From assembly GCA_965195345.1 (NCBI GenBank), contig OZ239628.1, positions 1,504,001 to 1,568,000 on the forward strand: a stretch of DNA of 64,000 nucleotides, in the 5' to 3' direction. The stretch is from an uncultured Thiomicrospira sp. (GTDB lineage Bacteria; Pseudomonadota; Gammaproteobacteria; CAKMZV01). The notes under the pieces were generated by a model. That model had not been told where the DNA came from. It worked only from the letters and a program-made list of their open reading frames with translations, and ran no database searches. This document shows positions 43,901-54,725 of this stretch, piece by piece. Position 1 is the first letter of the stretch. Each line of letters begins with the position of its first letter. Made by a program: the position numbers and the translations under genes.

Positions 43901-43977
43901 TGGTCGGGACGGCAGGATTTGAACCTGCGACCCCCACAACCCCATTGTGGTGCGCTACCAAGCTGCGCTACGCCCCG
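43901..43977 (-). tRNA. tRNA-Pro(GGG)
   Basis: CGGGGCGTAGCGCAGCTTGGTAGCGCA-CCACA-AT GGG GT-TGTGG..GGTTCAAATCC..CCGACCA cloverleaf with encoded CCA. Confidence 0.97.
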
Positions 43978-44009
43978 AGTTAGCCAGTATTGTACGCGCA
44001 ATACCTATA

Positions 44010-44249
44010 CTATTTGTCGTTTTTTAGACCTTTCTCATCATCACTAACTGGATCATAGCCATGCCCTCCCCAAGGATGACAACGCAACAATCGTTTTACA
44101 CCAAGAATACCTCCATGCCAAAACCCTTTTTTTTTCAAAGCGTCTATCATGTAGGCAGAACAACTTGGATCGTAACGACAATGACTGCCTATGATTGGGC
44201 TAATAAGATATTGATAAAACCTTACAATTCCTATCAGTAGTTTCGTCAC
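44010..44249 (-). CDS. yidD: membrane protein insertion efficiency factor
   Basis: [33 protein letters not shown]. Confidence 0.93.
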   Translation of the reverse strand: MTKLLIGIVRFYQYLISPIIGSHCRYDPSCSAYMIDALKKKGFWHGGILGVKRLLRCHPWGGHGYDPVSDDEKGLKNDK

Positions 44250-44264
44250 AACATCCAGTTGCGA

Positions 44265-45143
44265 TTAACTTTGCAGAGAACGTAAAGCTGCTATGCGCTC
44301 ACCCAAAGGAGGGTGACTCATAAAGAGGCGAGAAAATTTGCCTCTTTCTCCTCCTGATATACCAAATGCCATCATCTCATCAGGCAATGGTTCTGGATGA
44401 TTAATTTGTAAACGCTCTAAAGCAGCGATCATTTTTTCTTTTCCTACTAATCGAGCAGAGCCTGCATCAGCATAAAACTCCCTTTTTCTTGAGAACCAAA
44501 AAACGATAGTGCTTGCTAATATCCCCAACACCATTTGAGCGACAAGCGACGTAATGAAAAATCCAATTCCATGTCCTCCTTCATTACGAAATATTACTCG
44601 GTCAACAAAATGTCCAATAATCCGCGCAAAGAATATAACAAAAGTATTAACTACACCTTGAATCAGAGTTAGAGTAATCATGTCACCATTGGCAATGTGG
44701 GCTACCTCATGAGCCACTACAGCCTCAGCTTCTCCCTCTGACATTTGTCGCAACAAACCCGAGCTTACCGCAATCAATGACTTATTCTTTGAAGAACCTG
44801 TAGCAAAGGCATTGACTTGTTCCGAAGGGAAAATGCCAATTTCTGGTATGGGCAATCCTGCCTGCCTGCACAATCTTTCAACTGTTTCAATCAACCATTT
44901 TTCTTTGCCACTTGACGGCGCAGTAATTAATTTTACCCGCATCGATCGCTTAGCTAACCATCGCGACAGAAGCAATGAAATGAATGAACCTCCAAAACCA
45001 AACGCCGCAGAAAAAATAAACAAAGACGTATAATTTAGTCCTGTCCCTTCGAGATAAGAACCTACTCCAAATAAACTGAGTACCACACCTACAACTAAGA
45101 GGATAGCCAGGTTAGTTAATAAAAATAATCCAACTCTTAACAT
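44265..45143 (-). CDS. htpX: membrane zinc metalloprotease HtpX
   Basis: NAFATG, AHEVAH, REFYAD, SHPPL. Confidence 0.95.
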   Translation of the reverse strand: MLRVGLFLLTNLAILLVVGVVLSLFGVGSYLEGTGLNYTSLFIFSAAFGFGGSFISLLLSRWLAKRSMRVKLITAPSSGKEKWLIETVERLCRQAGLPIPEIGIFPSEQVNAFATGSSKNKSLIAVSSGLLRQMSEGEAEAVVAHEVAHIANGDMITLTLIQGVVNTFVIFFARIIGHFVDRVIFRNEGGHGIGFFITSLVAQMVLGILASTIVFWFSRKREFYADAGSARLVGKEKMIAALERLQINHPEPLPDEMMAFGISGGERGKFSRLFMSHPPLGERIAALRSLQS

Positions 45144-45199
45144 TTTTACTCCTTATAAGTAAACTTAACAAAATTCATATAACAACAGTCTTGATCAAC

Positions 45200-46477
45200 T
45201 CACAAATCTTCTACTTGTATTTTCCCTGTTAAAAACTTCAGTTGTAGAGCGTCCAGCCATAACTGCAATTGAATTGAGCGCAGATCCGTTTTAGCAGATA
45301 TTAAGTTACGCCGCGCGTTCACAACTTCTATCAATTCACTCAATCCCACCAACAATGATTCATTTGTTGCCTCAAGAGCAGATTCTTGCGCCTTTACAAG
45401 TGCACTAAGCGCTGGCAGTTGCCCTACCCCATTATCAACACGTGCCAAAAGCTGATCCAGCTGAGCAATAATCTCTCTTTCAGTATTTTCAACTTGAAAT
45501 GCTGAACTACGCACCAAAGCTTTCGCCTCATCATGCTGTGCTTGACGCACTCCACCATTATAAAGCACCCAATTGAAATTGAACTGAATACCGATATCTC
45601 TTGAGTCCTGAAGCGAAGTAGTTTCAGTTTCAAATTCGGTTTGTAGCCAAGAAACAGTGAAGTTGGCCGTAGGAAATATACGTTGCGCAACCGCGTCAGC
45701 ACCTTTATTCGCTGCTTTTATGCCTTGGCGCTCTTGCAACAATCGAAGATTATTATTCTTCACTTGCTGCACTAACTCTTCCAAAGGTAATTTATACGCT
45801 TCAATTGAATTCAGGCTAAAGTTGACATCTTCGATATTCTTAACACGTTTGCCAACAATAGAGTCGAGTACTGAAAATGCCGATTTCACATTATTGCGCA
45901 TCGCAAGCAAACTGCTTTCACTCAGTCGCAAGTCCGCTTCGGCTTGAAGCATATCAACGCGAGTGCCGCTACCGACCTCTAATCTCTGCCTAGCACGATC
46001 TGCCAAATTCCTACTGGACTTTAACTCCTGATCCGCCAAGTCTAAACGTGTTTGAGCCAAAAGAACATTCACATACGCTTGAGCCACGTCAATCATCAAG
46101 TTTTGACGAGCTAAATCTCTACCAATTTCAGATTGCTCAAGCAAAGCATTTACCTGACTGAGCCTTTTAAAAACTTCTCCATTGAATAAAACTTGTTGAA
46201 CTCGAAGTTGATGCCTGTTAAAGTCAGAAACACCATTGGTACTGTCATCATCCCTACTAACACTAAAAGTATAGTCAATTACTGGGTAAATATTGCCTAT
46301 TGCAATGTCTTTTTGAGCGCTTGCGGAATCTCTTTGAACGTCTGCTTGCAGCAAATTTGGATTATTTGTCAACGCATATTCAAACAAAGTACGCGGATTA
46401 TCAGCATAAACAGAAGTTACTGTTAATGTCCCTAATGCTACTCCAGATAGAAAAGCTTTAATCAATCCATTTATCAT
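45200..46477 (-). CDS. TolC family outer membrane efflux protein
   Basis: Signal peptide, ALTNNP, duplicated OEP repeats, DVAQAYVNVL. Confidence 0.85.
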   Translation of the reverse strand: MINGLIKAFLSGVALGTLTVTSVYADNPRTLFEYALTNNPNLLQADVQRDSASAQKDIAIGNIYPVIDYTFSVSRDDDSTNGVSDFNRHQLRVQQVLFNGEVFKRLSQVNALLEQSEIGRDLARQNLMIDVAQAYVNVLLAQTRLDLADQELKSSRNLADRARQRLEVGSGTRVDMLQAEADLRLSESSLLAMRNNVKSAFSVLDSIVGKRVKNIEDVNFSLNSIEAYKLPLEELVQQVKNNNLRLLQERQGIKAANKGADAVAQRIFPTANFTVSWLQTEFETETTSLQDSRDIGIQFNFNWVLYNGGVRQAQHDEAKALVRSSAFQVENTEREIIAQLDQLLARVDNGVGQLPALSALVKAQESALEATNESLLVGLSELIEVVNARRNLISAKTDLRSIQLQLWLDALQLKFLTGKIQVEDL

Positions 46478-46940
46478 AAGGATTCTTTGCTAAATTTATA
46501 TTGTAATAACGTGGATCTGCAGTAACTTCATCACCAACCCATTCGGGCAAATCCACTACTTCTTGTTCAATTGATTCAAGTTCTATTTCAGCAATAATCA
46601 AACCTTCATTATTACCCTTGAACACATCAACTTCCCAAAACAAACCATTGTGCATAACAGGCCAACGTAACTTCTCAATTTTGTTCGTAGTAGATAAATC
46701 AAGTATTTTTTCAGCCTCGGAAAAAGAGATTCTATATTCAAATTCGTCACGAGTATGCCATTCTCCCTTAACAAACTTAATATTTACTGAACCATGCGTA
46801 CCTTGGGTTCGCACACGCACCGACACCCCATCGTTTTCACTAATAACTGCTTGGCATATTGGAATTGAAGCACTGGCAAATTCTTTCCAACTTTCATTGA
46901 TGACTAAGTACTTTTTTTCGATCTCTCTTTTATAACTCAT
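46458..46940 (-). CDS. CYTH domain protein
   Basis: EIEKKY, VRVR, WEVDVF, AEIEL, EVTADPRYYN; ATG 46940 preferred. Confidence 0.9.
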   Translation of the reverse strand: MSYKREIEKKYLVINESWKEFASASIPICQAVISENDGVSVRVRTQGTHGSVNIKFVKGEWHTRDEFEYRISFSEAEKILDLSTTNKIEKLRWPVMHNGLFWEVDVFKGNNEGLIIAEIELESIEQEVVDLPEWVGDEVTADPRYYNINLAKNPYDKWID

Positions 46941-46950
46941 AGCATTACCA

Positions 46951-47841
46951 TCAAGCAAAAACGCCTGTTGATAAATAACGATCCCCTCGATCACATACTA
47001 TGGAAACAACTACATCTTTTTTGCTTAACGTGGACGCCAATTTAAGAGCGCAGTACAAAGCACCACCTGAAGAGATCCCAGCAAAAATGCCTTCTTTTTG
47101 AGCCAATTTACGCGTCAAATTTTCTGCCTCGTTTTGATTCACTTCCATAATTTCATCAACCCGCTCTCTTTCAAAGAATTGAGGCAAGTACTCTGGTGGC
47201 CATTTGCGAATGCCAGGAATTTGGGAATTATCATCCGGTTGTACACCAACAATTTGTATCTTTGGGTTTTTTTCTTTCAAATATCGTGAGCACCCCATAA
47301 TCGTCCCTGTAGTCCCCATTGAAGAAACAAAATGCGTGATTTTCCCAGCAGTTTGTTCCCATAATTCTGGCCCAGTGGTTTGATAATGCACATTGGGATT
47401 ATTCAAGTTTGCAAATTGATTGAGTACCAAACCCTTCCCTTCTTTTTGCATTTGCAAAGCAAGGTCACGCGCGCCTTCCATTCCCTCGTCCTCTGTTACC
47501 AAAATTAATTGGGCACCATAAGCTGTCATTGCCGCGCGCCGTTCAACACTTAGATTATCGGGCATGATTAAAATCATTTTAAATCCCCGTATCGCTGCAG
47601 CCATAGCCAGTGCTATCCCAGTGTTACCGCTAGTGGCTTCAATCAATGCATCACCTTTTTTAATGATGCCACTTTTTTCAGCTTGAGAAATCATATTCAA
47701 GGCAGGCCTATCCTTTACAGATCCTGCAGGATTGTCCCCTTCTAATTTCAGCAATACAAGAGCCCCATTCTCCGATTGCAAGCGCTGCAAGCGAATCAAC
47801 GGCGTATTTCCAACACAATCTTCTATAGTCGGCCAACTCAT
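46951..47841 (-). CDS. cysM: cysteine synthase B
   Basis: KLEGDNPAGSVKDR, TSGNTG, MGTTGT, CDRGDRYLSTGVF. Confidence 0.95.
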   Translation of the reverse strand: MSWPTIEDCVGNTPLIRLQRLQSENGALVLLKLEGDNPAGSVKDRPALNMISQAEKSGIIKKGDALIEATSGNTGIALAMAAAIRGFKMILIMPDNLSVERRAAMTAYGAQLILVTEDEGMEGARDLALQMQKEGKGLVLNQFANLNNPNVHYQTTGPELWEQTAGKITHFVSSMGTTGTIMGCSRYLKEKNPKIQIVGVQPDDNSQIPGIRKWPPEYLPQFFERERVDEIMEVNQNEAENLTRKLAQKEGIFAGISSGGALYCALKLASTLSKKDVVVSIVCDRGDRYLSTGVFA

Positions 47842-50105
47842 GCTTTTACAGTCTCAGCTTTTTTCACAGGCTTTTGTTTCTTCTCAAATATCAACTGAAG
47901 TTCATCCTGTGCATTGACATCAACAGATACTTGCCCGCCCTTTTTCAGCTTGCCAAACAATATCTCATCAACTAATTTGGTAGTTAGTTCGTTTTCTATT
48001 AAGCGAGTCATCGGACGCGCACCCATTTTAGTGTCGTAGCCTTTGAGTGCCATCCATTGACGTGCCTTAGGACTAACATTCAACCCCACTTTTTTATTTA
48101 ATAGTCGTTTTTCAAGTTCAAACAAAGACTTATCAACCACTTGTAAAATACTTTCATGATTTAAACTATTAAACTGCACCACTGCATCCAATCGATTGCG
48201 AAACTCAGGAGTGAAAACTTGTTTCATTGATTTTTCAATATCATACTCATGGTCCTGCTCAATGAATCCCAACAAAGATTTATCTGTGTTTTCTGAACCC
48301 ACATTACTCGTCATAATTATAATCGTATTTTGAAAATGTGCTTTATTGCCATTATTGTCTGTCAATATTCCATAATCCATCACTTGTAACAAAATATTAA
48401 ACAAATCTGGATGCGCTTTCTCAATTTCATCTAGTAAAACAATGGAATGCGGGTTTTTGACGACAGCCTCGGTTAAAAGCCCTCCTTGATCAAAACCAAC
48501 ATATCCAGGAGGTGCGCCTATAAGCCGCGATACTGTATGACGTTCCATGTACTCAGACATATCAAATCGCACCAGTTCGATCCCGAGTTGCAAAGCTAAT
48601 TGGCGTGTTATTTCCGTTTTCCCAACACCAGTCGGACCTACAAAAAGAAAAGAACCCAATGGCTTGTTTTCGTTATTCAATCCAGCTTTGGACATTTTAA
48701 TAGTCTTTGTTAATACTTGAATCGCCTTACTCTGTCCAAAAATAACGCGTTGCAAATCATCACCAAGCACTTTAAGCTTTTGAGTTTCAGAAGTGGTCAT
48801 TTGTGAAACGGAAATTTTGGTCATTTGAGAAACCACTTTTTCCACTTGATCAACACCTATCGTGGTACTTTCACTATCTGAAAGTTGAACACAAGCACCT
48901 GCTTCATCAAGCACATCAATGGCTTTATCAGGCGCCTTTCGACCATTTATATAGCGGTAAGATAACTCAGCTGCTTTCTCAACTGCTTTAGGGGTGAAGC
49001 GTACACTGTGGTGTTTTTCTAACGTGCTCTTAAGTCCTTTAAGGATATTGATTGTCTCAATCAAACTTGGCTCATCTACATCAATTTTCTGGAATCGACG
49101 AGAGAAGGCTCTATCTTTAACAAAGATTTCACGATACTCTTCATGAGACGTAGCGCCTATGCATCGCAACTCTCCTGAAGCAAGCAATGGTTTAATTAAA
49201 TTAGAGGCATCTAAAGCACCACCACCTGTCGCTCCAGCCCCTATAAGAGTATGAATTTCATCAATAAACAATATAGCATTCTCATGCTTGGCAATATCAA
49301 CGAGGACCCCTTTTATGCGCTTTTCAAAATCTCCTCGATATTTAGTTCCAGCAATTAACCCACCCAAATCAAGAGAAAAAACTTCAGCTGTCAAGAGTTT
49401 TTGAGGAACCTCACCGCATACGATCTTTAAGGCCAACCCTTCAGCTATAGCCGTTTTTCCCACACCAGGGTCTCCCACAAAAAGAGGATTATTTTTGCGC
49501 CTGCGACATAAGATCTGAAGACACCGTTGCACTTCGTTTTCACGACCTATTAGCGGATCAATATTGCCAATAATTGCCTTATCGTTCAAGCTAACTGCAT
49601 ACTTTGAGAGCGCATTGCTTTCAAAGTCAGACTCACTGCCTTCATCGTCCATATTGTAGGAAGCATCTTCTGGCATACCATGCGCGAGCCAAGCAATAAT
49701 ATCAAGACGTTCAACGCCTTGCTTTTCGAGAAAATATACGGCATGACTATCGGGTTCGGCATAAAAACTGACTAAAACATGAGAGGGAAGCACTTCCTCC
49801 TGTCCATTACCTTGAACTTGAAAAATAGCTCGTTGCACAACTCTTTGGAAGCCAACACTCGGATGAACATTAACACTATCATCTCCAACGCTGAGATTTT
49901 TGATCGGCATTTGTGTAGCAAGGAAGTCATCAACTTCTTGTTTTAATTTCTCACAATCGGCGTCACAATTATTTAATATCTCTAAAACTTCATCGTCATC
50001 CAGCATGACACGAAATAAGTGCTCAAGTGTCACTATTTCATGATTCATACTTTGTGCTAATACAAAGGCTTCGTTCAATATATTTTGTAAATTGTCATTT
50101 AACAT
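47838..50105 (-). CDS. clpA: ATP-dependent Clp protease ATPase subunit ClpA
   Basis: Two AAA+ modules ([16 protein letters not shown]), LGF ClpP-binding loop, adjacent to clpS. Confidence 0.96.
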   Translation of the reverse strand: MLNDNLQNILNEAFVLAQSMNHEIVTLEHLFRVMLDDDEVLEILNNCDADCEKLKQEVDDFLATQMPIKNLSVGDDSVNVHPSVGFQRVVQRAIFQVQGNGQEEVLPSHVLVSFYAEPDSHAVYFLEKQGVERLDIIAWLAHGMPEDASYNMDDEGSESDFESNALSKYAVSLNDKAIIGNIDPLIGRENEVQRCLQILCRRRKNNPLFVGDPGVGKTAIAEGLALKIVCGEVPQKLLTAEVFSLDLGGLIAGTKYRGDFEKRIKGVLVDIAKHENAILFIDEIHTLIGAGATGGGALDASNLIKPLLASGELRCIGATSHEEYREIFVKDRAFSRRFQKIDVDEPSLIETINILKGLKSTLEKHHSVRFTPKAVEKAAELSYRYINGRKAPDKAIDVLDEAGACVQLSDSESTTIGVDQVEKVVSQMTKISVSQMTTSETQKLKVLGDDLQRVIFGQSKAIQVLTKTIKMSKAGLNNENKPLGSFLFVGPTGVGKTEITRQLALQLGIELVRFDMSEYMERHTVSRLIGAPPGYVGFDQGGLLTEAVVKNPHSIVLLDEIEKAHPDLFNILLQVMDYGILTDNNGNKAHFQNTIIIMTSNVGSENTDKSLLGFIEQDHEYDIEKSMKQVFTPEFRNRLDAVVQFNSLNHESILQVVDKSLFELEKRLLNKKVGLNVSPKARQWMALKGYDTKMGARPMTRLIENELTTKLVDEILFGKLKKGGQVSVDVNAQDELQLIFEKKQKPVKKAETVKA

Positions 50106-50107
50106 GT

Positions 50108-50404
50108 TTATTCCTGCTCTGCCTCACATAAAAGGGGATGACCATTTTTTCTTGCATAAGCGTTAACTTGTTGTACTTTAGTTTCTGCCACATCCCTCGT
50201 ATAAATTCCTGCCAGTCCTTTTCCTTCATGATGGACTTTCAAGGTTATATTTTTAGCCTCTTCTGGGTTTTTTTGAAAAAATGTACACAATACTTCAACG
50301 ACAAAATCAAAAGTTGTAAAGTTGTCATTAATCAATAACACTTTAAACATCTTTGGACGGCGTACTCGTGTACTTACCGAGGAGACTGTGCTTGTTTTAC
50401 TCAT
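50108..50404 (-). CDS. clpS: Clp protease adaptor ClpS
   Basis: KVLLINDNFTTFDFV, VHHEG, AETKV, HPL. Confidence 0.95.
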   Translation of the reverse strand: MSKTSTVSSVSTRVRRPKMFKVLLINDNFTTFDFVVEVLCTFFQKNPEEAKNITLKVHHEGKGLAGIYTRDVAETKVQQVNAYARKNGHPLLCEAEQE

Positions 50405-50485
50405 AATAGATCTTAGTCGCTGCTTTCTTAATTATTCTGATTGATTATATTCTTCTTAGTTATCTCATTATGGTGCTACGTGTAT

Positions 50486-52000
50486 TTATTTCAAGAAGAA
50501 ATCGTAAGCTTTATTATCACTCTCTTCGAAAAAGGGATAATCAAGTTCTTCAAGAAATTTATAAAAATCCCCCTCATCCTCTTTAGAAATCTCCATGCCC
50601 GCAAGCACTCGCCCATGTGAAGAACCGTGATTTCGATAATGAAATAAGCTGATATTCCATCTTCTTCCAATTTTCTTTAAAAAATCCAACAAAGCTTTAG
50701 GTCGCTCAGGAAATTCAAATCGAAATAGCCTTTCATTTTTTAAAGAACCAGCCCTTCCTCCAACCATATAACGCACATGCGTTTTTGCTAAGTCATTATC
50801 GGTTAAATCACGTGCACTAAACCCTTCCGATCCAAGTTTATCTATGAGCTTACGAGGCATTGATGCATCACCATTGATACCGAGACCAACAAAAACATGG
50901 GCTTGTGTTGAATCGGAGTAGCGATAATTAAATTCAGTAATATCATTATTTTCGAGCAATTTACAAAACTCTAAAAAACTTCCAGGTTTTTCTGGGATAG
51001 TGACACTCAATAATGCCTCTTGATGCTCGCCAATCAAAGCACGTTCAGCCACATAGCGTAACCGATCGAAATTCATATTCGCGCCGCTAACTATGCACAC
51101 CACTTCATCCAATTCTTTATGCAGTTGCAAGTAATTTTTCATTCCTGCAAAAGCAACTGCACCAGCTGGCTCTGATATTGACCGAGTGTCTTCAAATATA
51201 TCTCGAATACTTGCACAGATTTCATCATTAGTGACTGTTATAAAGTCATCTACATTGTGTTCGACAATCTGCCATGGATGGTATCCAATTTGTTTGACTT
51301 GTACGCCGTCGGCAAATATCCCTACTTGATCAAGAACAACACGCTCCTTTGCTTCATGTGCAGCTTTCAAACATGCTGAGTCCTCAGGTTCAACGCTAAT
51401 TATCCTTACTTCAGGATACAACGCCTTCATATACGCTGCAATACCGGCAATCAACCCACCACCACCAACAGGAACAAAAATTGCCTTGGGTGGTTTTTTT
51501 AATTGCTTCATTATTTCCATTGCAATTGTCCCTTGACCCGCAATGATATCGGGATCATCGAATGGAGGCACAAAAACTGCGCCTGTCTCCTCTGCTCTCT
51601 TAGAAGTAAATGCTTTGCTTTCATCCAAAGTATCTCCATGCAAAATCACTTCCCCGCCGTATTTCTTCACCGCGTCTACTTTAATCCTTGGAACAGTTAT
51701 CGGCATTACTATTGTCGACTTTATCCCTAAATGACTCGCGGCTAAAGCGACTCCCTGAGCATGATTTCCTGCAGAAAAGGCAATAATACCGCGTTTTTTC
51801 TCAGCCTCGCTAAGCTTACTAATCTTGTTGTACGCTCCGCGCAGTTTAAAAGAGAAACCCAATTGCAAATCTTCTCTTTTTAAAAAAACTTCGCATTGCA
51901 AGCGATTCGAAATATTCGCTGCTTTTGTTAACGGAGACTCCTGTACAACCTGATAAACGGGTGCATCCAATATTTTCTTTAGGTAATTGTGTACTTGCAT
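50486..52000 (-). CDS. ilvA: threonine ammonia-lyase, biosynthetic
   Basis: FSFKLRGA, SAGNHAQG, two C-terminal regulatory domains. Confidence 0.97.
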   Translation of the reverse strand: MQVHNYLKKILDAPVYQVVQESPLTKAANISNRLQCEVFLKREDLQLGFSFKLRGAYNKISKLSEAEKKRGIIAFSAGNHAQGVALAASHLGIKSTIVMPITVPRIKVDAVKKYGGEVILHGDTLDESKAFTSKRAEETGAVFVPPFDDPDIIAGQGTIAMEIMKQLKKPPKAIFVPVGGGGLIAGIAAYMKALYPEVRIISVEPEDSACLKAAHEAKERVVLDQVGIFADGVQVKQIGYHPWQIVEHNVDDFITVTNDEICASIRDIFEDTRSISEPAGAVAFAGMKNYLQLHKELDEVVCIVSGANMNFDRLRYVAERALIGEHQEALLSVTIPEKPGSFLEFCKLLENNDITEFNYRYSDSTQAHVFVGLGINGDASMPRKLIDKLGSEGFSARDLTDNDLAKTHVRYMVGGRAGSLKNERLFRFEFPERPKALLDFLKKIGRRWNISLFHYRNHGSSHGRVLAGMEISKEDEGDFYKFLEELDYPFFEESDNKAYDFFLK

Positions 52001-52087
52001 AAAAGAGTAAAAGATTTTTTAACTTATAATACGCTACAGTACGTAGCATGAAGGTCTTTTATTTTACTGCATTTATCCAAACAATCT

Positions 52088-52750
52088 ATGAATCAAAATA
52101 CACTTAAACAAATGGTTGCAGAAGCAGCTCTCGATTTTATAAAACCTGATTTTATTGTTGGAATCGGAACTGGAACAACAACCAATTACTTTATAGACAA
52201 ACTCGCGACGATGCGCGGACAAATAAAAGGGACTGTGGCAAGTTCACAGGCCAGTGCGCAACGATTGCAAGCACACAATATCCCAGTATTTGAACTTAAC
52301 GACGTTTCTGAAATAGAAGTTTATATTGACGGGTGTGATGAATCAGACAAATTTCTCCATTTAATTAAAGGTGGCGGTGGTGCATTAACACGTGAAAAAA
52401 TCCTTGTTGCCAATGCAAAAAAGTTTGTGTGTATTGCGGACCAGTCAAAACTTGTATCCACGCTTGGAAACTTTCCTCTCCCAATTGAAGTAATCCCAAT
52501 AGCACGTAGTTATGTTGCCAGAGAAATATTTAAAACAACAGGGGGAGAGCCTGTATGGAGGAAAGATTACATTACTGACAATGGAAACCAAATCCTTGAT
52601 ATTCATGGATTGGATATAGTGGACCCCAAAGCACTTGAATCAAAAATCAATCAAATTGTTGGCGTTGTAACGAACGGTCTTTTCGCACTTCGAAGTGCCG
52701 ACATTCTTTTAATTGCAGAACCTGAAGGAATACAAGAGATACACTCGTAA
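52088..52750 (+). CDS. rpiA: ribose-5-phosphate isomerase A
   Basis: [24 protein letters not shown]. Confidence 0.96.
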   Translation: MNQNTLKQMVAEAALDFIKPDFIVGIGTGTTTNYFIDKLATMRGQIKGTVASSQASAQRLQAHNIPVFELNDVSEIEVYIDGCDESDKFLHLIKGGGGALTREKILVANAKKFVCIADQSKLVSTLGNFPLPIEVIPIARSYVAREIFKTTGGEPVWRKDYITDNGNQILDIHGLDIVDPKALESKINQIVGVVTNGLFALRSADILLIAEPEGIQEIHS

Positions 52751-53253
52751 TGTATAGTATGAAAATATTACCAGCCATTTCACTATTTGTAATCGTATTA
52801 GGCGTCATCTTTTTGTGGTTTTCACCAAGTTATGGTTACGATGCCCCCAAACTGAGTGTTATCGATATTGACTCTCAAAAACACAACACTGTTAATCCTG
52901 AAGCACCCACACTAATTACTTTTTGGGCTACCAATTGCCCGCAATGTATAGCCGAAATGCCTGAGATGAAAAAACTGCACGAACAGTGGCAAAGCAAAGG
53001 ATTTAAGATCCTCGCCGTTGCTATGTCTTACGATTCTTTAGGTGCTGTTCGTACTTTCCAACGGAATGCTCAATTATCTTTTCCCATCGTATTCGATACA
53101 AATGCTCGCATATCAAAAGCTTTTGATAACGTACGCCTGACCCCAACGCATTTTCTAATTGACAAAAACGGGAAAATTATTTTTCAAACAATCGGTGATC
53201 CGAATTTCAACAGACTACATGGTTTAATAAAACAGTCATTCGATGCAACATGA
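52750..53253 (+). CDS. TlpA/ResA-like thioredoxin-fold protein
   Basis: N-terminal TM anchor, FWATNCPQC, TPTHFLID. Confidence 0.88.
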   Translation: MYSMKILPAISLFVIVLGVIFLWFSPSYGYDAPKLSVIDIDSQKHNTVNPEAPTLITFWATNCPQCIAEMPEMKKLHEQWQSKGFKILAVAMSYDSLGAVRTFQRNAQLSFPIVFDTNARISKAFDNVRLTPTHFLIDKNGKIIFQTIGDPNFNRLHGLIKQSFDAT

Positions 53254-53996
53254 GCACCTCCTTGCGCTCAAGCGCACCCAGCATTGCCTTTATTGGGGGC
53301 ATGGATCCAAGTGGCGGAGCGGGCCTTGCTGTTGACATTCCCGTAGCAAGAGCATTGCAAATACATCCACTTCCTATAGTAAGCGTACAAACTTCCCAAA
53401 ATACAACCAATGTACTCGATAGCTCTATAGCACCTCTTTTTCAAAAACAACTTGAAAGCATTTTAAATTGCAATATTCAAGCCATCAAAATTGGACTGAT
53501 TGCTAAGGAGCACATACAAATAATTTCTTCATTTATTAAACGCATGAATGTACCAGTTGTTTTTGATCCAATTATTTTTGCTGGAGGTGGTTACACGTTT
53601 CATGAAAACCCTAAGTTATTGCATGATTTACTTTTAAATAGCATCGTTACCCCTAACTTAAATGAAGCGCAAATACTTACTGACTATTCACCCGATCCAG
53701 TCAATTATTTGTTTAACTTAGGTTGTAAGGCAATTGTTTTGACCGATGATGTATTCAAAGGAGACACACATATCTCTCTACACAAAAAAGGCGAAAAAAA
53801 AATATTACGATACTCGTATCGCAAACAAGAAAACAATTTTCATGGAACTGGATGTTTATTCACAAGCAGCCTAATTAGTTATTTGGTTAAGAATGAAAAA
53901 ATAGAAGAGGCTGTTGAATTAGCACTTCAATACTGCCAAAATGCTATTAAAAAAGGTTACTCAATTGATGAAGGGCAATTGATACCTAAGATATGA
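53250..53996 (+). CDS. thiD: hydroxymethylpyrimidine/phosphomethylpyrimidine kinase
   Basis: DPSGGAGLAVD, AIKIG, VTPNLNEA, HGTGC. Confidence 0.85.
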   Translation: MSTSLRSSAPSIAFIGGMDPSGGAGLAVDIPVARALQIHPLPIVSVQTSQNTTNVLDSSIAPLFQKQLESILNCNIQAIKIGLIAKEHIQIISSFIKRMNVPVVFDPIIFAGGGYTFHENPKLLHDLLLNSIVTPNLNEAQILTDYSPDPVNYLFNLGCKAIVLTDDVFKGDTHISLHKKGEKKILRYSYRKQENNFHGTGCLFTSSLISYLVKNEKIEEAVELALQYCQNAIKKGYSIDEGQLIPKI

Positions 53997-54049
53997 TTAG
54001 TGAAGATATTTAAAGAATATTAAAAAATATTATTTATCCTAAATAGCAC

Positions 54050-54532
54050 TCAGTCAAGCATGATCTCTTCATAAAACTGTTCATTTCGCAGCGAGAACAA
54101 TCTATAAACAACATCACCTACCAACTTAATAAACTGCGGAAAATGACGTTCATCTAAACGCATAAGCGCCGCCGCCGCCGCATCTATATAAATGGGAACT
54201 TTTTGATTCAAAGCAATATCTTTTAAAAGAATATAACCTTTGCTGCGATATTCTTTTTTCTGAAAACTTGCAATCCCATCGCCTTCAATAATGATAGCTA
54301 ATTTAGTATTTGGAGTATTCTTTCGTAAAAAAAGTATTTGTTCGTGGAGGTTTTTGATAGCTTCAGCAGTTTTCTTTGCGGTTTGTGCGCGCATGATAAA
54401 AACCACACCCTCTGGCTCAACTACTCTCTCACTCATTTCTTTCACTGCCTCTAATACAGCAGCCTGACTTGTCGCTGTATGCATCAGGAAAAGTAGTGTG
54501 AAGCACTGTAGAAATAATTTAATCATATACAA
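54050..54532 (-). CDS. exported DsrE/DsrF-like protein (divergent)
   Basis: Signal peptide (SQA-A), PEGVVF, LAIIIEG, VPIYID..FPQFI pattern of exported DsrE-like proteins. Confidence 0.55.
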   Translation of the reverse strand: MYMIKLFLQCFTLLFLMHTATSQAAVLEAVKEMSERVVEPEGVVFIMRAQTAKKTAEAIKNLHEQILFLRKNTPNTKLAIIIEGDGIASFQKKEYRSKGYILLKDIALNQKVPIYIDAAAAALMRLDERHFPQFIKLVGDVVYRLFSLRNEQFYEEIMLD

Positions 54533-54725
54533 GCATTATCCCATTAAATCGCATCAGAATGAAAATAAAAGACATTACCCTTATACCAAGGTTAGGGTGA
54601 ATTAAATTGGTTAAAAAAAATTAGTAAAAAACAATTCCTTCTCGCCAAACTTCATAAAAATCATTCCAATTTCAATCAACAACCACAAATAATCGCACAG
54701 CCGCTTTTCGCAAACAAGATTCCAA

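Noticed and set aside
43877-43945. N-terminal extension of the thrC ORF ([15 protein letters not shown]..)
   Set aside because: It is a translation of the tRNA-Pro gene; the real start is ATG 43876.
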